A stretch of DNA of 32,000 bases. Origin: Dickeya dadantii NCPPB 898 (GTDB taxonomy: Bacteria > Pseudomonadota > Gammaproteobacteria > Enterobacterales > Enterobacteriaceae). The notes under the pieces were generated by a model that saw only the letters and a program-made list of their open reading frames with translations, had not been told where the DNA came from and did not search any database. The stretch covers positions 627,260-659,259 of the forward strand of contig NZ_CM001976.1 in assembly GCF_000406145.1 (NCBI RefSeq). Reading direction: 5' to 3'. Each line of letters begins with the position of its first letter. Position 1 is the stretch's first letter. Positions 1-9,346 of the stretch are shown one piece after another. The translations under genes were made by a program, and so were the position numbers.

Positions 1-140
1 TTGAGATAGCGGTTATCCGTCGAAGGGATGTGTAAGTCATAGACCACATCCTGTTTGACTCAAACTGTTTGACCCAAAAACCTAATCATATGCCACATGA
101 TCGTCAGTTCAGGGGACAAAAAGGGGACGCTATCTCCTGA

Positions 141-172
141 AAAATAAAAAAGTCACCGCTAAAGAGGTGGCT
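141..172 (-). terminator. Putative intrinsic terminator downstream of the CAU tRNA
   Basis: On the minus strand, about 28 nt after the tRNA 3' end, there is an imperfect hairpin (gccacc...ggtgac, 152-171). It is followed by TTTTTTATTTTT (plus-strand A-run 141-151). Confidence 0.4.
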
Positions 173-199
173 TAATCATATGATTTTACTGCTGAAATT

Positions 200-275
200 T
201 GGTGGCCCCTGTTGGGTTTGAACCAACGACCAAGCGATTATGAGTCGCCTGCTCTAACCACTGAGCTAAGGGGCC
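200..275 (-). tRNA. ileX: tRNA with CAU anticodon, elongator type; matches tRNA-Ile2 (lysidine-modified, ileX) rather than elongator or initiator tRNA-Met
   Basis: The reverse complement reads GGCCCCTTAGCTCAGTGGTTAGAGCAGGCGACTCATAATCGCTTGGTCGTTGGTTCAAACCCAACAGGGGCCACCA. It is 76 nt and folds as a clean cloverleaf (7-bp acceptor, anticodon loop CTCATAA, encoded CCA). It is near-identical to E. coli ileX as I recall it, and ileX also lies close to rpoD in E. coli. Confidence 0.88.
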
Positions 276-287
276 AAGTGGATGTTG

Positions 288-316
288 ATTATAGGTAATC
301 CGGCTAGTGGGGTCTA
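288..316 (-). promoter_or_regulatory. Putative sigma70 promoter of the CAU tRNA (TAGACC-17-TATAAT)
   Basis: On the minus strand a perfect TATAAT (288-293) lies 12 nt upstream of the mature tRNA 5' end. A 4/6 -35 match, TAGACC (311-316), sits at 17-bp spacing. Confidence 0.4.
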
Positions 317-482
317 TAGTCTGGCGGCCATATGGTTGTTTTGTATCCAGTACTTAGCCGATTGTTATTATTAAAAATTCATTATATTTGCGGTGGGAAT
401 GGGCAGTAATCGTGGGTAAGGGCAGGGGACACAGAGTATGTCGGTCAGGCGTGATGCCGCAAGTCTCCACTGATATGAGAAA

Positions 483-510
483 TAAAAACCCCCGGTCAGG
501 ACCGGGGGTT
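483..510 (-). terminator. Intrinsic terminator of the rpsU-dnaG-rpoD operon
   Basis: GC-rich hairpin cccccgg-tcagga-ccggggg (489-508), followed on the minus strand by a T-run (plus-strand aaaaa, 484-488). It lies about 30 nt after the rpoD stop. Confidence 0.75.
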
Positions 511-538
511 GGCAGCACTGATTCAATAAAAAATCTTA

Positions 539-2374
<1,836 letters not shown>

Positions 2375-2530
2375 AAGACGGTATCCACACTTCAGAATAT
2401 TGGGGTTGGTGTCGGTCAGCGTAAGTCGCTAACAATAACATTAGGGGAATTTTTCTTATCGCCGCAGCCCCCGTAGCGGCACGCTGTAGGGCTCGACCCT
2501 ACTATTTATCGGCAATTAAGCCGCGGGAAA

Positions 2531-4285
2531 TCAGTTTTTTCGTGTTAGCGCCAGTTGCAGCGACCACAGTTCCTTGCGCTCGTTCGTACTCAGCCCATGC
2601 GTTCTCTCGCGGGCGATTAGCGTGTCCATCCGCAGCTGTAGCAACTGGTCGTAGAGCTCGGCCAGGCTGACCCTGAATTTTTCTTCGAGCTCTTCCTCTT
2701 CAATCATATGGTCCCAGGAGGCCAGGGTTTCAAGCTGCTTGCGATATTTACTTTCGCGATATTTTTCCAGCAGCAGTCCCATGTTCATGCCTGGGCTTTC
2801 ATTGCAGGTTTTCACCAGATCCAGAAACAGTTCCAGCCCTGCAACCTTGTTCTCTTCCACACCGTTGAGCGCCAGTTCCGGCACCTCGGCGGACAGCCTC
2901 GGATTTTGTACTAAAAGTCCTATCAGTATACGCATAGTTGTGACTTTTAGCCGTGGAGGCTGGTAGGACGATGTTTGCTCCGCCGCTTTCGGCAGCAGGC
3001 GGTCCAGCTGGCTGTCGTCCAACAGCCCCAGTTTATTGCCAAGTTGTTGACGTAAGTATAATCGCAACGTTTCGCCCGGCACCTGCCCAATTAGGGGTAG
3101 AGCCAGCGTACTGAGCTTGGCGCGCCCGTCCGGGGTGCTCATGTCCACCTGCTGCAGTAGCGAGTCGAACAAAAACGCCGACAGCGGCATCGCCTGCTCG
3201 ATGCGTTGCTCGAACGCCGCCTTGCCTTCCTGACGCACCAGCGTATCCGGGTCTTCGCCGTCGGGCAGGAACATAAAGCGTAACTGCCGACCGTCATCCA
3301 GATAGGGTAGCGCGGTTTCCAGCGCGCGCCAGGCGGCGTCGCGTCCGGCGCGGTCGCCATCGTAACAACACACCACCTGATCGGTAGCGCGAAACAACAG
3401 CTGGATGTGGTCCGCCGTCGTTGATGTTCCTAGCGAAGCCACCGCGTAATCGATGCCAAACTGAGCTAACGCGACCACATCCATGTAACCTTCAACCACC
3501 AACAGTCGCTTCAATTCCGGATTTTTCTGTTGCGCTTCGTACAGGCCGTACAGCTGTCGGCCTTTGTGAAAAATCTCGGTTTCCGGCGAGTTCAGGTACT
3601 TGGGCATACCGTCGCCCATCACCCGACCGCCAAAAGCGATAACCCGCCCACGCTTGTCGCGGATCGGGAACATCACCCGATCGCGGAAACGGTCGTAAGT
3701 ACGGCCGTTATCGTTGGTCACCAGCATGCCGGCGTCGGTCAACGTGGTCCGGTTTTCGCTGCTGCGCCCGAAGCGCTTTAACGCATTGTCCCACCCCGGT
3801 GGCGTACATCCGATAGCGAATTGCCGGATCACCTCATCACTCAGGCCGCGTCTGGACAGATACTCTCTGGCCGGCGTACCCGCAGGTTGGTTCAGGGTAT
3901 GTTGGTAAAAAGCGCTTAATTGTTCCATCAGCTCGTATAAACTTTGCCGCTGGTGGCGTTCGAGCTGGGTCGGACCGGTGCCTGCTTCGTAAGGGACTTC
4001 CAGGCCGTGCATCGCTGCCAGTTCTTCAATGCTTTCAACAAATTCCAGACGGTCATAATTCATCAGGAAATCGATCGCGTTGCCGTGGGCGCCGCAGCCG
4101 AAGCAATGGTAGAACTGCTTGTCACCGTTAACGGTGAACGAAGGGGTTTTCTCGTGGTGGAACGGGCAACACGCGTGATAATTCTTGCCCTGCTTTTTCA
4201 GTTTGACGCGCGCATCGATCAGGTCAACGATGTCGGTGCGAGCCAGCAGGTCATTAATAAATACGCGGGGAATACGTCCAGCCAT
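2531..4285 (-). CDS. dnaG: DNA primase DnaG (584 aa)
   Basis: N-terminal zinc-binding motif CCPFHHEKTPSFTVNGDKQFYHCFGCGAHGN, a TOPRIM region (VVEGYMDVVAL...CYDGDRAGR), and a position between rpsU and rpoD. Confidence 0.97.
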   Translation of the reverse strand: MAGRIPRVFINDLLARTDIVDLIDARVKLKKQGKNYHACCPFHHEKTPSFTVNGDKQFYHCFGCGAHGNAIDFLMNYDRLEFVESIEELAAMHGLEVPYEAGTGPTQLERHQRQSLYELMEQLSAFYQHTLNQPAGTPAREYLSRRGLSDEVIRQFAIGCTPPGWDNALKRFGRSSENRTTLTDAGMLVTNDNGRTYDRFRDRVMFPIRDKRGRVIAFGGRVMGDGMPKYLNSPETEIFHKGRQLYGLYEAQQKNPELKRLLVVEGYMDVVALAQFGIDYAVASLGTSTTADHIQLLFRATDQVVCCYDGDRAGRDAAWRALETALPYLDDGRQLRFMFLPDGEDPDTLVRQEGKAAFEQRIEQAMPLSAFLFDSLLQQVDMSTPDGRAKLSTLALPLIGQVPGETLRLYLRQQLGNKLGLLDDSQLDRLLPKAAEQTSSYQPPRLKVTTMRILIGLLVQNPRLSAEVPELALNGVEENKVAGLELFLDLVKTCNESPGMNMGLLLEKYRESKYRKQLETLASWDHMIEEEELEEKFRVSLAELYDQLLQLRMDTLIARERTHGLSTNERKELWSLQLALTRKN

Positions 4286-4310
4286 AAGCCCCTTATCTAT
4301 ATACGTTTAT

Positions 4311-4350
4311 AAACGACAATAAGCCGCGCATTCCTTTCGGAAAGCACGGC
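4311..4350 (-). terminator. Partial terminator/attenuator between rpsU and dnaG (T1-like)
   Basis: Minus-strand hairpin gccgtgctttcc-gaaa-ggaatgcgcggc (plus 4323-4350), followed by an interrupted U-tract ttattgtcgttt. An internal attenuator at this position is established for the E. coli macromolecular-synthesis operon. Confidence 0.5.
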
Positions 4351-4412
4351 CTTCGTATGCAACTGCTAAGTCTGCGGATTAATCACGCGGTGGAGGATAC
4401 ACCTCCAGAAAA

Positions 4413-4640
<228 letters not shown>

Positions 4641-4781
4641 TTAGTAAATTCGGTTTGCTGCTGGCCTTGTGCCAGCCTTTTCAAAATGGTGCGGAATTCT
4701 ACTGCAACTGTGGCGCGTTTGTAAAGTGCGTCAGCGATCATAAAACGCGCGGCGCCGGTTCGCTCGTCTGTGGACTGGCTT

Positions 4782-4809
4782 ATGATAGACTATGCCCCGC
4801 CTGAATCAA
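4782..4809 (-). promoter_or_regulatory. Candidate sigma70 promoter for rpsU operon (TTGATT-16-TATCAT)
   Basis: The minus strand reads ttgatt-caggcggggcatagtc-tatcat, about 150 nt upstream of rpsU. Motif match only. Confidence 0.3.
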
Positions 4810-4856
4810 GCAGCCGTGGCGGGCCGCCGTAAATGTAAACGAGAGTGAAAACAGCA

Positions 4857-5870
4857 ATGCGCGTATTGGGTATTGAAACATCCTGCGATGAAACCGGGGT
4901 CGCGATTTATGACACGCAGGCCGGACTACTGGCGAATCAGCTTTATAGCCAGGTGAAATTGCATGCCGATTATGGCGGCGTGGTGCCTGAGCTGGCCTCT
5001 CGCGATCATGTTCGCAAAACCGTGCCACTGATTCAGGCGGCGCTGGAAGAAGCCGGGCTACAGCACGGCGATATCGATGGCGTCGCTTATACGGCCGGCC
5101 CGGGTCTGGTGGGGGCGCTGCTGGTCGGTGCAACGGTAGGGCGCTCGCTGGCGTTCGCCTGGAATGTGCCGGCCATACCGGTGCATCACATGGAAGGGCA
5201 CTTGCTGGCGCCGATGCTGGAAGACAACCCGCCGGCGTTTCCGTTTGTCGCGTTGCTGGTGTCCGGCGGTCATACCCAGTTGATCAGCGTTACCGGTATT
5301 GGCGAATACCGTTTGCTGGGTGAGTCTATCGATGATGCGGCCGGCGAGGCGTTCGATAAAACCGCCAAGCTGCTGGGGCTGGATTATCCGGGTGGGCCGT
5401 TGCTGTCGAAAATGGCACAAGGCGGGCATGCCGGTCGCTTTGTTTTCCCCCGGCCGATGACTGATCGACCCGGTCTGGATTTTAGTTTCTCCGGGCTGAA
5501 GACGTTCGCCGCCAATACTATCCGTGAAAACGGCAGCGATCCGCAAACGCAGGCGGATATCGCGCGAGCGTTCGAAGATGCGGTGGTGGATACGCTAGCC
5601 ATCAAATGCCGGCGAGCGCTTGACGAGACCGGGTTCAGCCGGCTGGTAATGGCTGGCGGCGTGAGCGCCAACCGGACATTGCGCCAGCGGCTGGCGGACA
5701 TCATGGCGAAACGAGGCGGCGACGTGTTCTATGCCCGCCCTGAATTCTGTACCGATAACGGCGCCATGATTGCTTATGCGGGAGCGGTTCGCCTTGCCCA
5801 GGGCGTGACGGATGAGCTTGGCATCACGGTTCGGCCGCGTTGGCCGCTGGCCGAATTACCGGCGTTGTGA
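4857..5870 (+). CDS. tsaD: tRNA N6-adenosine threonylcarbamoyltransferase TsaD (337 aa)
   Basis: [19 protein letters not shown]... with [12 protein letters not shown] and the GGVSAN motif. The ORF-track GTG at 4845 adds 4 codons; the ATG at 4857 reproduces the E. coli N-terminus and length. The gene is divergent from rpsU, as in E. coli. Confidence 0.95.
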   Translation: MRVLGIETSCDETGVAIYDTQAGLLANQLYSQVKLHADYGGVVPELASRDHVRKTVPLIQAALEEAGLQHGDIDGVAYTAGPGLVGALLVGATVGRSLAFAWNVPAIPVHHMEGHLLAPMLEDNPPAFPFVALLVSGGHTQLISVTGIGEYRLLGESIDDAAGEAFDKTAKLLGLDYPGGPLLSKMAQGGHAGRFVFPRPMTDRPGLDFSFSGLKTFAANTIRENGSDPQTQADIARAFEDAVVDTLAIKCRRALDETGFSRLVMAGGVSANRTLRQRLADIMAKRGGDVFYARPEFCTDNGAMIAYAGAVRLAQGVTDELGITVRPRWPLAELPAL

Positions 5871-5915
5871 TGGTCTGGCTATTCCACCTCAAACGGATGA
5901 CGGGGCGGAGAAGCA

Positions 5916-6497
<582 letters not shown>

Positions 6498-6876
6498 TCA
6501 TGTGCGGCGGGGCAATACTTTACCAGGGTGTCAAAAAACGTGCTCTTCATCACATAAAAGTAAAATAAATGTTATCAAAATGATGTTGTTTGGAGGCTGA
6601 TGGTCGGTGTAATGTAACACACCCGTTAATCAGTCGTGGGCTTATGCCGGGGCGCACCGCAATTGCCTGTTACTTTAATTACCTTTCAGATATCGGGCAG
6701 ATTGTTAGTTTATTATTAATCACATAGTGCGTTATCGCTGCGTGCCTATTTTTCGCTGCGGACCTATGTAGTGGCCCTCTGAAAACAGGTCTGACGCCTG
6801 GCTTCTCTCGCGAGCATAAACGTTTTTAACTAAACGCATCCACGGTAATTTTACTTAACATAATAAGGAGTTTAGG

Positions 6877-7818
6877 ATGAAAGTTGCAGTTCTCGGAGCC
6901 GCTGGTGGTATTGGTCAAGCCCTTGCCCTTCTCCTCAAAACCCAGCTTCCTTCAGGTTCAGAGCTCTCTCTTTATGATATCGCCCCCGTTACGCCGGGTG
7001 TGGCTGTCGATCTGAGCCATATTCCCACCGATGTGAAAATCAAAGGTTTCAGCGGTGAAGATGCTACCCCTGCTCTGGAAGGCGCGGATATTGTACTGAT
7101 GTCTGCCGGGGTGGCCCGTAAGCCGGGGATGGATCGTTCCGATCTGTTTAACGTGAACGCAGGGATTGTGCGTAACCTGGTTTCGCAAATTGCCCGTACT
7201 TGCCCTACCGCTTGTATCGGTATTATCACCAATCCGGTCAATACCACGGTGGCGATTGCTGCCGAAGTGCTGAAGCAGGCCGGCGTATATAACAAAGACA
7301 AACTGTTTGGCGTCACGACGCTGGACATTGTCCGTTCCAGTACTTTTGTCGCCGAACTGAAAGGCAAACAGCCGCAGGCCATTGACGTACCGGTTATCGG
7401 CGGCCACTCCGGCGTTACCATCCTGCCGTTGCTGTCACAGATTCCGGGCGTGAGCTTCACCGAGCAGGAAGCGGCTGATCTGACCAAACGTATTCAGAAT
7501 GCAGGTACCGAAGTCGTGGAAGCGAAAGCCGGCGGCGGGTCGGCAACCCTGTCCATGGGCCAGGCCGCAGCACGCTTTGGTCTGTCTCTGGTTCATGCTC
7601 TGCAGGGCGAAAGCGGCGTGGTCGAGTGCGCTTACGTGGAAGGCGACGGCAAGCACGCCCGTTTCTTTGCCCAACCGCTGTTGCTGGGCAAAAACGGCGT
7701 TGCTGAGCGTAAAGACATCGGTACTTTGAGCGCGTTTGAACAGCAGTCTCTGGTTAGCATGCTGGATACCCTGAAACAGGATATCGCGCTGGGCGAAGAG
7801 TTCGTTAACAAGAAATAA
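6877..7818 (+). CDS. mdh: Malate dehydrogenase (313 aa)
   Basis: [51 protein letters not shown]... It is colinear with E. coli Mdh throughout, has a strong SD (taaggag) 7 nt upstream, and is divergent from argR as in E. coli. Confidence 0.98.
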   Translation: MKVAVLGAAGGIGQALALLLKTQLPSGSELSLYDIAPVTPGVAVDLSHIPTDVKIKGFSGEDATPALEGADIVLMSAGVARKPGMDRSDLFNVNAGIVRNLVSQIARTCPTACIGIITNPVNTTVAIAAEVLKQAGVYNKDKLFGVTTLDIVRSSTFVAELKGKQPQAIDVPVIGGHSGVTILPLLSQIPGVSFTEQEAADLTKRIQNAGTEVVEAKAGGGSATLSMGQAAARFGLSLVHALQGESGVVECAYVEGDGKHARFFAQPLLLGKNGVAERKDIGTLSAFEQQSLVSMLDTLKQDIALGEEFVNKK

Positions 7819-7846
7819 TCACCTTGGTGTGACAAATGCCGTTAAT

Positions 7847-7879
7847 AAGGCCGGAGTATATTCTCCGGCCTTTCTTTTT
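7847..7879 (+). terminator. Intrinsic terminator after mdh
   Basis: Perfect 10-bp stem aaggccggag / ctccggcctt (7847-7856 / 7863-7872), 6-nt loop, followed by tcttttt. It lies between the convergent mdh and nlp-like genes. Confidence 0.75.
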
Positions 7880-7888
7880 CCGGAAACA

Positions 7889-8170
7889 TTATTCGGATTG
7901 CGGATCAGACGGCGGGCGGATCAGTTTTTTGCGGTCGAGTAGTTCCTGTGTTTCAGGATCATAATAACGGCTGGGCCATATTTCCGATGGATGAATGCCC
8001 AGCGCGTCAGCTATTAACCATTCGCCCTTCGGCCATGGGCGAGATAACGCATTGGCCAGCGTGGAAGAACTCAACCCGGCGGCTCGTGATACGGCTGCGA
8101 GCGTTGTCCCTTTCTTTCTCAGTGCCGCAATAATATCGGCGGGATGCCAGTCATTTTTCCTTGAATTCAT
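7889..8170 (-). CDS. sfsB: Ner-like DNA-binding protein of the Nlp/SfsB family (93 aa)
   Basis: The core DWHPADIIAALRKKGTTLAAVSRAAGLSSSTLANALSRPWPKGEWLIADALGIHPSEIWPSRY matches E. coli Nlp/SfsB (and phage Mu Ner) almost residue for residue. The start was chosen at ATG 8170 (MNSRKNDWHP), which is preceded by gggaagga. The track's 27-codon upstream extension has no homologous counterpart. Confidence 0.85.
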   Translation of the reverse strand: MNSRKNDWHPADIIAALRKKGTTLAAVSRAAGLSSSTLANALSRPWPKGEWLIADALGIHPSEIWPSRYYDPETQELLDRKKLIRPPSDPQSE

Positions 8171-8259
8171 AATCCTTCCCTTATTGCTATTAAGACGACA
8201 GCGTATTAATGGTATAACTAACGGCTCATGGTGAATGGTTTCGCTAACCAAAAGCCATT

Positions 8260-8314
8260 ATTTGGAAATAATATAGCACCAATTTCCTTAATATTTCCAA
8301 ATTAATTTCCAAAT
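8260..8314. promoter_or_regulatory. Array of ATTTCCAAAT motifs in the divergent intergenic region (putative operators)
   Basis: ATTTCCAAAT occurs at 8293-8302 and 8305-8314 as direct copies. An inverted copy, ATTTGGAAAT, is at 8260-8269, and a half copy, ATTTCC, is at 8282-8287. The starts are spaced 22, 11 and 12 bp apart. Confidence 0.4.
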
Positions 8315-8358
8315 GGATCTGAATAGGTAACGAGTATCACTATCGGGATGAAAAGGAC

Positions 8359-8745
8359 ATGAAAAAAGAGTGGTTTGCGACCAGCGAATTGGTTGGTATT
8401 GGCGGACTCCCTAAATCACGGCAAGGATTGAATAAGCGAGCCCGAGAAGATGGTTGGGAAAAGCGTCGCCGTAAAGGTGTACAAGGACGAGGGGTAGAAT
8501 ATTCTATCCATAGCTTGCCTCAGTCTGTTCAGCAAACACTGCTGATGCAGGAAACGTCAGGTGAATATTCGGCAAAGCCGTCAGACATGCTGTCGGTCTG
8601 GATCCAGATTTACCACCAGCTATCTGTTCCGGAACGGGAAAAACTGATTGCGTATATCATGCGCGAAGGCGTGTCTTCCACGTTGAAACAGCTGGGTCTT
8701 GCCAATACGGCAAGTGCAACTTTGATAAAAGATTTTTCTGATTAA
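8359..8745 (+). CDS. Small DNA-binding protein: Mu-repressor-type winged-helix N-terminus with a YfeC/YfeD-like (DUF1323) C-terminus (128 aa)
   Basis: MKKEWFATSELVGIGGLPKSRQGLNKRAREDGWEKRRRKGVQGRGVEYSIHSLP resembles the Mu c / MuA N-terminal DNA-binding domain. ...VWIQIYHQLSVPEREKLIAYIMREGVSSTLKQLGL resembles the C-terminal region of E. coli YfeC/YfeD. Both assignments come from recall, not a search. The SD aaagga lies immediately upstream with short spacing. Confidence 0.75.
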   Translation: MKKEWFATSELVGIGGLPKSRQGLNKRAREDGWEKRRRKGVQGRGVEYSIHSLPQSVQQTLLMQETSGEYSAKPSDMLSVWIQIYHQLSVPEREKLIAYIMREGVSSTLKQLGLANTASATLIKDFSD

Positions 8746-8752
8746 GTGACTC

Positions 8753-8786
8753 AGCCATTCCCGATTTTCTCTATTGTGGAATGGCT
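8753..8786 (+). other. Inverted repeat (9-bp stem, 16-nt loop) just after the first paralogue
   Basis: agccattcc (8753-8761) pairs with ggaatggct (8778-8786). It is followed by a pyrimidine-rich tract (tcccctctctttctcc), not a clean U-run, so it is at best a weak terminator. Confidence 0.3.
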
Positions 8787-8970
8787 TCCCCTCTCTTTCT
8801 CCTCACCTGATTTCTTTCTGTGGAACTTTCCCGATCGTAAGTAATGCTACCTTTAACACTATTGCATTAGTGGTTTGAATAAAATTAGTCTATTATATGG
8901 AAACCTAATTGCTGTTTTAGTCATCTGGTTGCGTATTCGTATCAGGAAAGAAATGAAAGGGAGAATGATG

Positions 8971-9345
8971 ATGGAAAAGGCATGGTTTACCACCAATGAA
9001 TTGTTAGGCGTGGCAGGGTTGCCGAAATCTCGTCAGGGGCTCAATAAAAGAGCAAAGGAACATGGCTGGGAGAAACGGCGTCGCAGAGGCGTTCAGGGTA
9101 AAGGCGTCGAATATGCCATCTGGAGCTTACCGGAGGCGGTGAAAACCAGCCTTATGCAGGAAACACCGCCCGACTACGCCGCGAAACCGGCAACGGTTCA
9201 GGAGTCCACCTGGATACAGATTTATCACCAGCTTTCCGTGGAAGAGCGTACCCGACTGATCGGGCATATTCTGCGCGAAGGGGCGATGGGAATGCTGGCC
9301 CGCCTGGAAAGCGGGCCGCAGGAGTACAAAAACAAGGGCGAATGA
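8971..9345 (+). CDS. Tandem paralogue of 8359-8745: Mu-repressor-type / YfeC-YfeD-like DNA-binding protein (124 aa)
   Basis: MEKAWFTTNELLGVAGLPKSRQGLNKRAKEHGWEKRRRRGVQGKGVEYAIWSLP...TWIQIYHQLSVEERTRLIGHILREGAMGMLARLE. By eye it is roughly 60% identical to the upstream copy. The start was placed at ATG 8971, which has SD aagggag 7 nt upstream and aligns with the paralogue's N-terminus. ATG 8965, ATG 8968 and the track's TTG 8875 remain possible. Confidence 0.72.
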   Translation: MEKAWFTTNELLGVAGLPKSRQGLNKRAKEHGWEKRRRRGVQGKGVEYAIWSLPEAVKTSLMQETPPDYAAKPATVQESTWIQIYHQLSVEERTRLIGHILREGAMGMLARLESGPQEYKNKGE

Positions 9346-9346
9346 C

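Noticed and set aside
4780-5133. 117-aa minus-strand ORF overlapping the tsaD 5' end and promoter region
   Set aside because: It is antisense to tsaD, its product is Pro/Arg-rich and low-complexity, and it has no start context.
8746-8844. GTG-initiated 32-codon ORF (VTQPFPIFSIVEWLPLSFSSPDFFLWNFPDRK) abutting the first paralogue's stop
   Set aside because: It has no SD and coincides with the inverted repeat and polypyrimidine tract. I cannot assess conservation, so evidence for a coding call is insufficient.
8875-8970. TTG-initiated 32-codon N-terminal extension giving the second paralogue a transmembrane-like segment (ISLLYGNLIAVLVIWL)
   Set aside because: There is no SD before TTG 8875. 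The hydrophobic peptide is what AT/T-rich non-coding DNA yields by chance. The paralogue alignment begins precisely at MEKAWF (8971), which has a good SD. It is kept only as a caveat in the findings.
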